From UHGV virus genome UHGV-1366603: a DNA stretch of 64,000 nucleotides; one strand, written 5' to 3'. Shown here in pieces: positions 9,633 to 19,612 of this stretch. A program made the translations under genes and the position numbers. The notes beneath the pieces were generated by a model. The model was not told the DNA's origin. It ran no database searches and saw nothing but the letters and a program-made list of their open reading frames with translations. Position 1 is the first letter of the stretch; each line of letters begins with the position of its first letter. The stretch comes from a virus.

Positions 9633-10904
9633 ATGGCAAATTTCGCAAAAACTCGCGCCGCTCGTGAATCAATGGAAGCGGCCGATGAAGTAATCGACGG
9701 TATCAGCAACGTTGAACCGGCAGAAGAGAACCTGGACGTCCAGCTTGCGGACGTTGCATCTATCGACGGTCAGCTCGAACAGCTGGAAACCGACGGTGAA
9801 ACCCTGGCTGCCGATACCGAGCGTACTGAAGACGCTATCGAACAGGCGGAAGAAGCCGTTGCTAACGGTGAAGAAATGCCGGAAGAAGCGGTTGCCCTGC
9901 ATGAAGTGGCACAGGAATCCATCGCACGTCGTTGGAACCTGGAGCGTACTAAACTGGCTCGCGAATCCTATCGCCGTGGCCGTGGCATGACTGCTGCTGC
10001 GCAGGAAGGCTGGAAAGAAACCCTGAAAGGTCTTTACGAGCGTTTCATTCAGTTCTGTAAAGAAGTAATTGCGAAGATCAAAGACCTGAAACTGAAATAT
10101 TTCAACGTCGGTAAGACCGCACAGAAACGTGCGAAGAAATATCAGGAAATGATCCGCAAGCTGGGCAAACAAGATAAAGACAACATTTCTGGCGGCTTTA
10201 TCACCAAACTGTCCATCGAAGGTAAATTCGATGCTGCTGGCTCTATTGCCATTGCTAAAGAAGTGACCGCAGGTAAAGCTAAAGGTGCTATCAGTGCACT
10301 GGAAAAACAAGCTGGTGAAGCTGTGACTGCTGTTACCAAAGGTGACGATGACGCATTCAAAGCGATGCGTGGTGATCAGCCGGTTGAACTGTTTGGTAAA
10401 GCAGCGTCTAAACTGCATTCTCTGCCGAACTTTGAAAACGGCGATGCGTCTAAACTGCTGGCTCTGCCGGGCAACGCTTACGTTCAGGCTGGTACTAAAG
10501 AACTGGCTGGCGGCCACAAGTTCACCGCAATTGCGTTCATGAGCACCGGTGACGCTTCTGACGATAAAGAAGTGGCTACTCCGTCTGTTTCCGAAATGGC
10601 TGGCGCGGCATCTGCTCTGGAAGCGATCGGTAAAGGCTTCGAAGCTGTACTGAAAGATTTCCGTGCTTACGATTCTGAAATCGTGAAACTGCAACAGGCT
10701 GCTGAAAAAGCGTCCAACGCGCTGAACAACGAAAAAGACGAAAGTAAGTGGGAAGGACTGCGTAATGCACGTCAGGCCGCTGATCAGTCTGTGAAGAACT
10801 ACCAGACCCTGAACCGTGCCGTTAGCTATGTTGCTAACACCGTTATTAGCGGTCTGAACGGTTACCTGGGTGCTGGTATCGGCGCGTACAAAAAGTCTAA
10901 ATAA
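9633..10904 (+). CDS. abundant acidic-N-terminus protein, paralog A (423 aa); candidate head internal/scaffold-like virion protein
   Basis: Starts MANFAKTRAARESMEA, same as downstream paralog; strongly host-optimised codons (ctg/cgt/ggt/aac); long antisense shadow ORF. Confidence 0.85.
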   Translation: MANFAKTRAARESMEAADEVIDGISNVEPAEENLDVQLADVASIDGQLEQLETDGETLAADTERTEDAIEQAEEAVANGEEMPEEAVALHEVAQESIARRWNLERTKLARESYRRGRGMTAAAQEGWKETLKGLYERFIQFCKEVIAKIKDLKLKYFNVGKTAQKRAKKYQEMIRKLGKQDKDNISGGFITKLSIEGKFDAAGSIAIAKEVTAGKAKGAISALEKQAGEAVTAVTKGDDDAFKAMRGDQPVELFGKAASKLHSLPNFENGDASKLLALPGNAYVQAGTKELAGGHKFTAIAFMSTGDASDDKEVATPSVSEMAGAASALEAIGKGFEAVLKDFRAYDSEIVKLQQAAEKASNALNNEKDESKWEGLRNARQAADQSVKNYQTLNRAVSYVANTVISGLNGYLGAGIGAYKKSK

Positions 10905-10943
10905 TTAGACTTACGCTCGTACAGTTCTTGAAATAAATCAATA

Positions 10944-10962
10944 GGGGAACGACGTGTTCCCC
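10944..10962 (+). other. intergenic hairpin GGGGAAC-GACGTG-TTCCCC between paralogs (weak terminator/processing site)
   Basis: Stem-loop seen in sequence; no strong T-run. Confidence 0.3.
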
Positions 10963-10980
10963 TTAGAGGAAAAGCTTAAA

Positions 10981-12243
10981 ATGGCAAATTTCGCAAAAAC
11001 TCGCGCCGCTCGTGAATCGATGGAAGCTACTGCTACTGTAGTTCCAGACGGCATCGAACTGCCAGCAGAATCTGTTGAAGGTACTCTGGCCGATATCGAA
11101 CATGATACCAAACCGATCGAAGCCCTGGACGCTGACGCTGAACTGCTGGCCGAAGACGGCGACGAAACTGATGCTCAACTGGATGTCCTGGATGAAGCTC
11201 AGGCCGCTGCCGACGGTGAAGGTGCTGGTGAAGACGGCGAAGAGCCGATGGACGCTGAAGAAGATATGCCGGACGACGCAGCGACTGCGCTGGACGTTGC
11301 TCAGGAATCTATCCGTTCTCGTTGGAACTTCGAACACCGTTCTTCCGTTGCACACGAATCCTACGGTTCTCGTAACCGTCGCCAGGTTGCTCGTGAATCC
11401 CTGTGGGAAGACATTAAAGCATTCCTGAAACGTATCTGGGAATGGCTGAAAGAACAAGGCCGTAAGATCAAAGATCGTTGGCTGAAATTCTCCAACCAGG
11501 GTAAATCCATCCAGGCTCGTTCTAAGAAATACGACGATGCTATTCGTAAACTGGGCAAACAGAAGAAAGATGAAATCTCTGGTGGCTTCATCAAGTCTCT
11601 GTCTATCGACGGTAAATTCGTTGGCGACGATCTGTCGCGCCTGAAGAATATCCTGAACCACGTCTCCACCTACTACAGTGGTAACGTTCAGAGCTTCCTG
11701 AACAACGGTACGGATATGGTTGGTAACGTCGTTAAAGGCGATGGTGCTAAAGTTGAGAAACTGAAAGCAGACTTCGCTGCTCTGGCTAAAGAAGACGTTA
11801 GCAAGTTCAAACTTGGTAACATGGCTCTGAAGATGGAGTACGACGAAGAAGGCGGATTTAGCTCCAGCTATGTGGAAGCTGAAAACCGTGCTGAAACCAA
11901 CGTGAAAACTCCGTCTGTTAGCGAACTGGCTAAGACCAATGCCTTCTTCAACGAAGTGGGTAAACAGATCGAGAAGAACGTTCTGGAATATCGTAAGACT
12001 GAACAGGCTCGCGAGAAATTCAGCCAGCAGATTGAGAAGCTGCTGAAAGAAATCGACAGCGTGAAGATCGACGAAAAACCGCAACTGACCGAATCTGTAC
12101 GTACCGCACGTCGTTACATCAACAGCATTAACCAGGCAGTGTCTCTGGGCGAGAAAGTTATTTCCTCTACTCAGAAACATCTGGCTGGCGGTCTGAACGG
12201 CTATATCTCCGCAGGTATCGCTGCTTACGAAAAATCTAAATAA
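10981..12243 (+). CDS. abundant acidic-N-terminus protein, paralog B (420 aa)
   Basis: Start set at MANFAKTRAARESMEA (track ORF begins upstream at 10954); shared N- and C-terminal motifs with paralog A (…GLNGY…AGI.AY.KSK). Confidence 0.85.
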   Translation: MANFAKTRAARESMEATATVVPDGIELPAESVEGTLADIEHDTKPIEALDADAELLAEDGDETDAQLDVLDEAQAAADGEGAGEDGEEPMDAEEDMPDDAATALDVAQESIRSRWNFEHRSSVAHESYGSRNRRQVARESLWEDIKAFLKRIWEWLKEQGRKIKDRWLKFSNQGKSIQARSKKYDDAIRKLGKQKKDEISGGFIKSLSIDGKFVGDDLSRLKNILNHVSTYYSGNVQSFLNNGTDMVGNVVKGDGAKVEKLKADFAALAKEDVSKFKLGNMALKMEYDEEGGFSSSYVEAENRAETNVKTPSVSELAKTNAFFNEVGKQIEKNVLEYRKTEQAREKFSQQIEKLLKEIDSVKIDEKPQLTESVRTARRYINSINQAVSLGEKVISSTQKHLAGGLNGYISAGIAAYEKSK

Positions 12244-12260
12244 TCTCTGATTGTTTAGTA

Positions 12261-12308
12261 GGAGAACCACCCTGTAATGGGGTGGTTCTCCCTTTTCTTT
12301 TTTTTTTC
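12261..12308 (+). terminator. intrinsic terminator
   Basis: GGAGAACCACCC-TGTAAT-GGGGTGGTTCTCC hairpin followed by long T-run. Confidence 0.9.
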
Positions 12309-12322
12309 GCATTAAAAATAAT

Positions 12323-12352
12323 CTCAGATAGATATTACCTTAGTGAGATTAC
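12323..12352 (+). promoter_or_regulatory. promoter-like motif copy 1 (CTCAGATAGATATTACCTTAGTGAGATTAC)
   Basis: 30-mer identical to 47177-47206; lies after terminator and 46 nt upstream of ATG. Confidence 0.55.
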
Positions 12353-12398
12353 GCTGTAATCATTTAACGACCTGTTTATTACGTTTAGGAGAATTATC

Positions 12399-13040
12399 AT
12401 GACACGTTACAATTTAGCCGACTTCTGCGATTGTGCCTTTTCTGTTGAAGGTGACAAACTTGTAATGGCTGCGCCAAACGCAAGAGTTTTATCGTTGTAT
12501 CAAGCCGAAGTTATTGCAATTTCGATTTGGTTGGCAAGGGCTATAGACGGCGGCTGTAAGGACCTTGATAAAGAAGTGTTGAAAGTCGGTCGTCGTGAAT
12601 TTGTGTATAAAGCAGAAATCCAGAACCGTTTACCAAAGACCTTTTTAAGCAGCTTGCTTAAAGATGTCAACACCCCAGTTGTCAGCCGAACATTTGACGG
12701 GGTGAAATATTACTCTTTTGAAGATTCGCACGTTGCTATCTGTGAAGGTGAGAATAAGTTTTTTACGACCGTTATCTACTTTCGTATTGCTGAACCTACG
12801 AAAGAAGAACTGGTTTGCAATACTGCGAACGATGTGGCCGTGATGCGTATGGACGATATCACCAGTGAACTATCTGGATTAAATGACATACCGCGTATTG
12901 TGGAGCGAGTCTTGGAAGGAGACGATTACTTTAAGTTGCTTCCGCTGGTAGCAAGCGAAGAAACAGAACAGGAAAGCGCTTTCATTCAGGTTAACCTTAC
13001 CGCTGCACAGGCGGTGGATCGTTTCTTCGAAGCTTTATAA
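12399..13040 (+). CDS. hypothetical protein (213 aa)
   Basis: ORF with TAGGAGAAT RBS downstream of promoter-like motif. Confidence 0.8.
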   Translation: MTRYNLADFCDCAFSVEGDKLVMAAPNARVLSLYQAEVIAISIWLARAIDGGCKDLDKEVLKVGRREFVYKAEIQNRLPKTFLSSLLKDVNTPVVSRTFDGVKYYSFEDSHVAICEGENKFFTTVIYFRIAEPTKEELVCNTANDVAVMRMDDITSELSGLNDIPRIVERVLEGDDYFKLLPLVASEETEQESAFIQVNLTAAQAVDRFFEAL

Positions 13041-13044
13041 TCAG

Positions 13045-13074
13045 AATGCCCTCCGTAGAGGGCATTATTTTTTC
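13045..13074 (+). terminator. intrinsic terminator
   Basis: AATGCCCTC-CGTA-GAGGGCATT hairpin followed by T-run. Confidence 0.8.
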
Positions 13075-13093
13075 GACCTTTAGGAGAATAGAA

Positions 13094-13645
13094 ATGAACA
13101 AATTTAATATCTTAGACGCTAAAATCGTATCCGAGTCTTCTATTCAGCAAGAAATCTTTCGTGTTCAGTTCGGTGAGAAAGTTCTGAATATTCCGCGCCC
13201 AGTTATGATTGGCTTAGCGATATTCGTTAACAACAGCCATTGCAACGGTTCGGCGTTGTCAGTTCTTGAGTACGGTAACTATCAGTTTTATATTCCAGAA
13301 CATCTCGAGTATAACCGTTTTATTGAACTTAAACCGTTCTATAAGTTCATGCTTGATGCAGGGTATTCGATTCTAACCAAAACGTATATTCGAGACTACT
13401 CGAAGTTAGAATCTTTCTATCGTGCTCGTGGTCTCCGTGTCCCACAACCGTTCGACGGATACCAGACCCGTGTTGTGTTAACTGCACCGCTAACGAAAGA
13501 ATTGGCTTCCTACAAACTGGATATCGAACAAAAACTGCTGCGTGACGACTTACTGAAAATCTATAACCAGTTGTCCGTGGTGCCTTCTTCAACTGTTTCG
13601 AACATTGAACCAGAGTACGGAATAAGACAATACATGGAAGGTTAA
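13094..13645 (+). CDS. hypothetical protein (183 aa)
   Basis: Start moved to ATG after TAGGAGAAT RBS; track start 13046 lies inside the terminator hairpin. Confidence 0.75.
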   Translation: MNKFNILDAKIVSESSIQQEIFRVQFGEKVLNIPRPVMIGLAIFVNNSHCNGSALSVLEYGNYQFYIPEHLEYNRFIELKPFYKFMLDAGYSILTKTYIRDYSKLESFYRARGLRVPQPFDGYQTRVVLTAPLTKELASYKLDIEQKLLRDDLLKIYNQLSVVPSSTVSNIEPEYGIRQYMEG

Positions 13646-13646
13646 G

Positions 13647-13952
13647 ATGAATCCGAGAGCCGACCGAATAGACGTGATACGTTTTGAAGAGTGTGAAACC
13701 GAGTACCAGGTTAAACGTATCGAATTACGTTTAGTTATCCCTAAGCTAAACGAACCTGAGTGGAACGGTGAGCTGATGGTGCCGCTCGCCGAACCAATTA
13801 AAACGGGAGCAGGTGAGATTAATTATCTTCATTTAGAAGCGGCTGGACGAAAAGTAACCGTTTGGCATCTTGCTGACGGTTACAAAACCAGTCAGCTTAC
13901 ACGTAAAGCTTTTATTCGGAAATTAAGAGAGTCGATGGGAGTTGTGAAATGA
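13647..13952 (+). CDS. hypothetical protein (101 aa)
   Basis: ORF starting 1 nt after previous stop; stop overlaps DHFR start. Confidence 0.7.
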   Translation: MNPRADRIDVIRFEECETEYQVKRIELRLVIPKLNEPEWNGELMVPLAEPIKTGAGEINYLHLEAAGRKVTVWHLADGYKTSQLTRKAFIRKLRESMGVVK

Positions 13953-14485
13953 CAGTTACTGTATCTTTGATTGCAGCAGCGGGACTTAATAATGAAATAG
14001 GGAAAGACAATAAACTCCCTTGGCATATTCCCGATGACTTGAAGAACTTCAAAGCACTCACGTCAGGTAAGGTCATCGTGATGGGACGTAAGACGTGGGA
14101 GTCGTTGGGGTATAAACCCTTACCAAACCGTCACCACGTTATCTTAACACGAAAACATGGCGGTGTTCCTGACATCGACGGTGTGTTGAACCTTAAAGGT
14201 GATATGGGGTCGGTTATCGAGTTTCTCAAGAAAGAAGTTGTGGAGAAAGATTACCCGAAAGAAATCTTTATTATTGGTGGCGCAGAGATTTACCAACAGG
14301 CGATGCCTTATGCGGATAAGATTTACTTGTCTCGTGTTGAGGTTAAGGTAGAGGGTGCAGATGCGTTCTTCCCTGAAATCGATCATGACGTGTTTAAATT
14401 GACTTATAACTTAACACACTGCTCGAAACCAGAAAGTGAAATTCCGCGTTGGCATTATCAGATTTGGAAAAGAGATGGAAACTGA
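13949..14485 (+). CDS. folA: dihydrofolate reductase
   Basis: Motifs matching E. coli FolA from memory: SLIAA…G…N.LPWH.P.DL..FK..T.GK..VMGRKTWES.G..PLP.R, IGG..IYQQ…A…YLS.V…VEGD..FP. Confidence 0.9.
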   Translation: MTVTVSLIAAAGLNNEIGKDNKLPWHIPDDLKNFKALTSGKVIVMGRKTWESLGYKPLPNRHHVILTRKHGGVPDIDGVLNLKGDMGSVIEFLKKEVVEKDYPKEIFIIGGAEIYQQAMPYADKIYLSRVEVKVEGADAFFPEIDHDVFKLTYNLTHCSKPESEIPRWHYQIWKRDGN

Positions 14486-14771
14486 GTTTGTAACCTTAGA
14501 AAAACTCTTTTTAGGCAGCGTCGCGAAAAGGAAGATAGCCAGTTTCACTTGGAGCCGTACTCCCGTAAAATACGCGTTTCTACGTCGTTTACACTACGAG
14601 AAAAGCATCAAGCTGGTCTTGGTCGTGTTGTTCGAAAACAAACGCGGATTGTTGATTAATAATCATCGTTTTGCGGCGGAAATCTGGGCGACCACATCTG
14701 GCGGCGAGGAAGCGTCTGTTGGCTTTGCTAACGATGAGGTTATCTTTGAGGGTATACCTTATCTGTTATAG
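14475..14771 (+). CDS. hypothetical protein (98 aa)
   Basis: Start placed at ATG overlapping DHFR stop; track ORF 14436 starts inside DHFR. Confidence 0.5.
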   Translation: METEFVTLEKLFLGSVAKRKIASFTWSRTPVKYAFLRRLHYEKSIKLVLVVLFENKRGLLINNHRFAAEIWATTSGGEEASVGFANDEVIFEGIPYLL

Positions 14772-14784
14772 CACAGATAAACAT

Positions 14785-14820
14785 AAAAGGGGACTTCGGT
14801 TCCCTTTTATTTTTTTTTCA
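14785..14820 (+). terminator. intrinsic terminator (UUCG tetraloop)
   Basis: AAAAGGGGAC-TTCG-GTTCCCTTTT followed by T-run. Confidence 0.8.
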
Positions 14821-14860
14821 TTTCGCGCCTGTGATATGACTATAACGAAGGAACAAGCCA

Positions 14861-16369
14861 ATGCAACAGTATTTTGAAATTCCGTCGTTAGACGCGACCA
14901 TTCGCAAACCAATAATCGATGGCGTTATACAACGTGTACTTAATGAATCAGGTATTGATAAAGCAGCGGTTGTTTTCCTCGATGAATTCAATAGCGCACA
15001 TCAGCCCGATTCCACGTTAGGCGACGGTACAGAAGTTGAGTACAGCTCGCCTGAAAAGGTGTATGTTGAAGTAGAAGAAGAACGCGATGAGTGGGCCAGA
15101 ATCAATCGTCAGGTTGGTCAGCAAGCCGAACCGTACTTCTTTGAAAACTCCGTCGATCAGGTGCGTGCCTGGCCCGTTAGAACGATGTATAACGTAACGG
15201 TAACGTTACGACGTACCAGTGCCTCGCGCGATGAGTTATTGCGCTGGACAAACCGTTTAGACTCGTTAGTGGACATGGGTCGGTATTCGACAATGACCGA
15301 GTCAGAAGCGTTTTATTATATTCCGAAGCCAGCACTGAAACTGTTGAATGCCTGCTATGTTGCCGCAGGAACTCGTGTACCGACGTTTGACGATTTTAAA
15401 GCCTATCTCAAAGCGTACTTTACCCCCGACGTGTTCCGCGCTGCTAACGTTGCCGGTGGTCAGGAATCTATTGCGGTACGCTATGCACCTACTCGCTTAG
15501 AGACTGTATACGACGTTCAGACACCTGCCTGGGATAAAGACGAGAACCACTGGGAAGCCACATTCGTTGTGCGTTTCTCTTATCAGCGTCCTGAAGAGAT
15601 TGTGGTTTCGTATCCGTATATCATCAACCAGACGCCGCTCCCTGATGAATACTGGCCAGAGATAGACCCACCGTGGGTGTCTAACGAAGAATTGGTGTAT
15701 CGTCATCCGCAACAAAAGAATCTCGATTCAACGTGGTGGATTAACGAAACCCGTCAGTATATTCGTTTACCGTATCTACTGTCACCGACAGAACAGTTCC
15801 ACCGTACACATTCCCCGTTAAAAGATAAACTCTTACACGTTTTCGGAACAGACGTTGTATTCGATGAAGACAACATGAGCTCACCGAAAGTGTTATCTGT
15901 GGAGGATTTACCGTACGAGTGGAATCCTGATTTGTTGCCGTATATCGAACACTGTCGTGCAATAGACCCTACCGGACAGACAGGTGTCTTCCGTGTGGAG
16001 TTGTTCGAAGAAGGCCAAATCATCGAACCGCGTTTCTATCATTGGGAAGACAATACCTTCTTTTTGAAAGGTCGTGATTTAAAAGTTAACAAGAGTTACT
16101 ACTTAACTGAATCGGTGATGTTCGACTGGCGAGGGATGAACCTGTGGCCACTCCAGCTTTATCCTAAAGCCGCGAAAGTGTTGATAGAATGGTTATTCCC
16201 GAAATGGGATGTACCGGACTGGTGGTGGGATAAACCCGTATTACCGCCGAGTGTTATCGACGACATTAATAAACTGATTCCTAACGTAGAAGCCCGCGTC
16301 TTGCTGACGGTGCTGAACTCGACCGTGATTACCATGCGAGGGACAGAGAATGCTCAAAGCGAAGCGTGA
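14861..16369 (+). CDS. hypothetical protein (502 aa), probable structural
   Basis: Long ORF, first of five-gene block ending at terminator 20418. Confidence 0.8.
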   Translation: MQQYFEIPSLDATIRKPIIDGVIQRVLNESGIDKAAVVFLDEFNSAHQPDSTLGDGTEVEYSSPEKVYVEVEEERDEWARINRQVGQQAEPYFFENSVDQVRAWPVRTMYNVTVTLRRTSASRDELLRWTNRLDSLVDMGRYSTMTESEAFYYIPKPALKLLNACYVAAGTRVPTFDDFKAYLKAYFTPDVFRAANVAGGQESIAVRYAPTRLETVYDVQTPAWDKDENHWEATFVVRFSYQRPEEIVVSYPYIINQTPLPDEYWPEIDPPWVSNEELVYRHPQQKNLDSTWWINETRQYIRLPYLLSPTEQFHRTHSPLKDKLLHVFGTDVVFDEDNMSSPKVLSVEDLPYEWNPDLLPYIEHCRAIDPTGQTGVFRVELFEEGQIIEPRFYHWEDNTFFLKGRDLKVNKSYYLTESVMFDWRGMNLWPLQLYPKAAKVLIEWLFPKWDVPDWWWDKPVLPPSVIDDINKLIPNVEARVLLTVLNSTVITMRGTENAQSEA

Positions 16370-17720
16370 TAAGCCGTCAACATTTGAACCCGTAGACCGG
16401 CCTATCCCCGAGTTAAATAAACCCCAGGACGGCGTAAAAGAAACCACCAATATCGTTACGCAACCCACCCGTACCACCGTTACTGATTTAGACCGTATTC
16501 CAAAGCAATACCTAATGAAGTATCTGGAAGGGTCAGCGTGGACGGTGGACTTCTTTAACTTCCTGAAAGGAAGAAACGACGCCAAGAAGTTTTTCGATTC
16601 GAAAGTGCTTACACCTGACCAACAGGTGGAGAAAATCATCGGGTTGGAACTGCGTGTAACGACACCGCTCGATCGTAGCCAAGACACCACGAACAAAACG
16701 TTCAGCATGTCAGGCGCTGCAACAATTGCAAACTCGATTATCCCTAACGAGGGTTGCTTTTTCATCGCCCCTATTGGTGATGGTCGTTTTGCGTTGTTTA
16801 ACGTTACCAACGTTGTGCGTATGTCGAATAACAAAGTCGCGACGTACAACATCGAATACACGTTACTTTTCGAAGTTGACCCAGAAACCGCAGAAACGAT
16901 TCGTCGTTGCACCGTACGTGAATACTACTACGTTGCAGAGCGTGCCTGGACAGGCGGTGATACACTTCTCACACCGAAAGAGTACCGCGCGTTCCTGGAA
17001 GTCGTTGACGCGATTGAAGATATTGAACAGACGTATGTGAAACGTTTCTACGACGGTGAAACGGCCACGTTGTTGTTCCCACACGATCGGCACAGTGACG
17101 GTTTGCGTAGCCGTGCTTACTACGACGTGTTCTTAGCGCTGTTTGTGCGCGCGCTGGGGTTACGTACCGTAGGTAAGGATATTCAGATTTATCCACATCC
17201 GCCGATGAACGTGGAGGATATTGAAACGGTGTGGACAGCGCTGCTGCAACAGTCGCCAACGTTCTTAGCAGATTACAAACGTGACAGTTCGGTGTGGCAA
17301 ACGAAAACTTTCCGTACGATGCAACATCGTAACTCGGTAACGTGGTCGCTGATTTCCGACACCCGATTCTTTACGGAAGAGTTAAAGCCAGGTTATGGGA
17401 TGGCGCAACGTTTCCCTGGCCAGTGGCCAGAATGGAAACCGTTTGAACCGGTTGAAGTTGAAAACTATCGTGGGAACGAAGGAGAGTCTATACCGGCCTT
17501 CTTACCGTTATCCTTTAAACCGTATCTGTTGAGCGAGACGTTCTACGACGGTTCTTACAGTTCGTTGTTGGAATACGGCTTGTACTTGTACCTGCATAAA
17601 CGTCCGCTACCGTCGGTAATTGCGTTAAAACTGTTTGAGGAAGTTTATAAGCTCCCGAAAGACGCACAGTTCTATTACATTCCGATGGTGTATCTGCTTT
17701 TAAGATATTCGAGGGATTAA
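16350..17720 (+). CDS. hypothetical protein (456 aa)
   Basis: ORF with GAGGGA RBS, 20-nt overlap with upstream gene. Confidence 0.8.
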   Translation: MLKAKRDKPSTFEPVDRPIPELNKPQDGVKETTNIVTQPTRTTVTDLDRIPKQYLMKYLEGSAWTVDFFNFLKGRNDAKKFFDSKVLTPDQQVEKIIGLELRVTTPLDRSQDTTNKTFSMSGAATIANSIIPNEGCFFIAPIGDGRFALFNVTNVVRMSNNKVATYNIEYTLLFEVDPETAETIRRCTVREYYYVAERAWTGGDTLLTPKEYRAFLEVVDAIEDIEQTYVKRFYDGETATLLFPHDRHSDGLRSRAYYDVFLALFVRALGLRTVGKDIQIYPHPPMNVEDIETVWTALLQQSPTFLADYKRDSSVWQTKTFRTMQHRNSVTWSLISDTRFFTEELKPGYGMAQRFPGQWPEWKPFEPVEVENYRGNEGESIPAFLPLSFKPYLLSETFYDGSYSSLLEYGLYLYLHKRPLPSVIALKLFEEVYKLPKDAQFYYIPMVYLLLRYSRD

Positions 17721-17721
17721 T

Positions 17722-18261
17722 GTGTCAGTGAAACGTAGTGCAGCGTTTATGCTGTTCCATAAGTGGGTAGCATGGCGTGTCCCTGAATGGACAACCATCA
17801 CCCAGTATATGTCGCAAGAACACGGATTGTTCTTGCCGGATGACGAAAAGAAAGCACGAGCGATTTTGTTGAACAAGAAAACGGTGTATATGCGGCCATT
17901 TGAAGTGGCGGTGTATGCTGAGACCGGTGCTGCGTTAGATGTTCATGATCCGAACGACGGTATTATCGTTTACGGGTATATCATGGAACACCTGGCAGAT
18001 TGGTTACATTACATGCAAGAACCTCACCTGACGACGCGTAAAGTGCCGATAGAAGGACTACGTCAGTTCAACGCCTTAGCATGTAAACTCTTTCCTGTTG
18101 CTAACCGTTACGGTTACTTTAAGAAACCGGAAGTGACGATGGCGACGTCGGTACAAGCGTTATTTGGAGAGGTGCGTTTAGAAACGCAGCAACACCGTTT
18201 TAACGATACGATAATGCGACGTATAGAAGCGATTTATCGTAAAAGGGGAGGTATACTGTAA
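17722..18261 (+). CDS. hypothetical protein (179 aa)
   Basis: ORF with apparent GTG start 1 nt after previous stop. Confidence 0.65.
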   Translation: MSVKRSAAFMLFHKWVAWRVPEWTTITQYMSQEHGLFLPDDEKKARAILLNKKTVYMRPFEVAVYAETGAALDVHDPNDGIIVYGYIMEHLADWLHYMQEPHLTTRKVPIEGLRQFNALACKLFPVANRYGYFKKPEVTMATSVQALFGEVRLETQQHRFNDTIMRRIEAIYRKRGGIL

Positions 18262-19580
18262 TGTCGTTTGGTCGGTTACAGAACATAGCAAACGTGCACA
18301 TTGCACAAGCGGCGGGATTACCGGCCATCGAATACGTACCTATCATTACGGTACGTGGTACAGTTATCAGCGTATTTAAAACGTTGTCGATAATCCATGC
18401 CAGTAACTTCGCACAGGACTTAACGACCATCACCCATCTTACCGTGATGATACCGTTGAGCCAACAGCGTGTGTTAACGTCCTCCGCAGACGGGGATTTG
18501 TCCGTGAAGATCTTAATGCGGACGATGAACAAGAAAACCGTTGCGAAACTCGACTATCGGGGTATCGTCGTGAACAACCACGATCCCGATATGGAATCGC
18601 CCACGATGTTCTTAGGTGAGTCTGACCAGAAAGCGTTAGCGGTCGTCACCCTGGAACTGATGGACGAGTCAATGTGGTTCTTACGTTGCCGTCAGGTCGG
18701 TGGGATTTATCACGAGACAGATGGCCTTAGCGTTGTTCGTGCGCTGCTGGCAGATACGTTACCTACCGGTGATGCGCCAGAAGGTCAGTTGGTGGGCGTG
18801 GAATACGAGGAAGAGGAGCAACAACCGTATCGGGATATTTTGATTCCTGACTCGGAAAGTTTCCTGTCTGTGTTCGATTACCTTCAGAATCGTTACGGGG
18901 TTTATAGCCAAGGATTGGGGGTGTTCCTTTACAAACACCGTTGGTATATTTTCCAACCTTGGGACTCTAAGAAGTTTTCATCAGCGAAGAATAAGCTGGT
19001 GATTATAAACCTACCGAAAGAGAAAGCAGCGTATCTGAATAAGACCTGCCACATTGACGGTGATGTGATTTACCTGATTTGTGGGGGTGATGTCCACACC
19101 TTCGAAGATAAAGACTCCTTAGCGCTAAACCAAGGTACCGGTTATCGTGTGGGGTCTATCCGTGCGTTGGATGGTCGTGCGTCCTCGTTCTCGTCAGGCG
19201 ACGTTTCTGCTACAACGTCTGATTCGTTCGTCTCAGCGGCTGACCCGACGCAATATCCAGGCGGCGTAGTTAACGCACCAATTGACCCGAACCAACACTT
19301 CTCGGACACAGATAAACCGCAACGGTCTAAGTTAGCGGCGGCGAAAGGGACGTTAACCGCAACAACCTGGAACGCTTCAACGTATGGCTTACTCCGTCCG
19401 GGGATGGCAGTAAAATACATTTATGCGAATAACTATGGTGTATACACGCGTTACGGAACATTAGTTGCAGAAGTTTTCCAAGGTGCAATTGATGGCGGTT
19501 CAGCGGCTTCACCACGGTTTAATACCATTAGTCAGTTGACGTTGTGGCTGACTAATGAAAATTTTACATCCACAACGTAA
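18261..19580 (+). CDS. hypothetical protein (439 aa)
   Basis: TAATG junction, AGGGGAGG RBS. Confidence 0.8.
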   Translation: MSFGRLQNIANVHIAQAAGLPAIEYVPIITVRGTVISVFKTLSIIHASNFAQDLTTITHLTVMIPLSQQRVLTSSADGDLSVKILMRTMNKKTVAKLDYRGIVVNNHDPDMESPTMFLGESDQKALAVVTLELMDESMWFLRCRQVGGIYHETDGLSVVRALLADTLPTGDAPEGQLVGVEYEEEEQQPYRDILIPDSESFLSVFDYLQNRYGVYSQGLGVFLYKHRWYIFQPWDSKKFSSAKNKLVIINLPKEKAAYLNKTCHIDGDVIYLICGGDVHTFEDKDSLALNQGTGYRVGSIRALDGRASSFSSGDVSATTSDSFVSAADPTQYPGGVVNAPIDPNQHFSDTDKPQRSKLAAAKGTLTATTWNASTYGLLRPGMAVKYIYANNYGVYTRYGTLVAEVFQGAIDGGSAASPRFNTISQLTLWLTNENFTSTT

Positions 19581-19612
19581 GTTATGTCGACAGCAACCTA
19601 AAGGATTTGTTA

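Noticed and set aside
9669-12312. 341-aa and 449-aa minus-strand ORFs (9669-10694, 10963-12312)
   Set aside because: Antisense to the two codon-optimised paralog genes; the second runs through a strong plus-strand terminator. Artefacts of codon bias.
13046-13093. Longer N-terminal extensions given by the ORF track (13046, 52486, 54001, 10954, 37032, 47226 and others)
   Set aside because: Extensions begin at TTG/GTG or ATG inside terminator hairpins or upstream genes and lack an RBS; downstream ATGs with good SD sequences were preferred.
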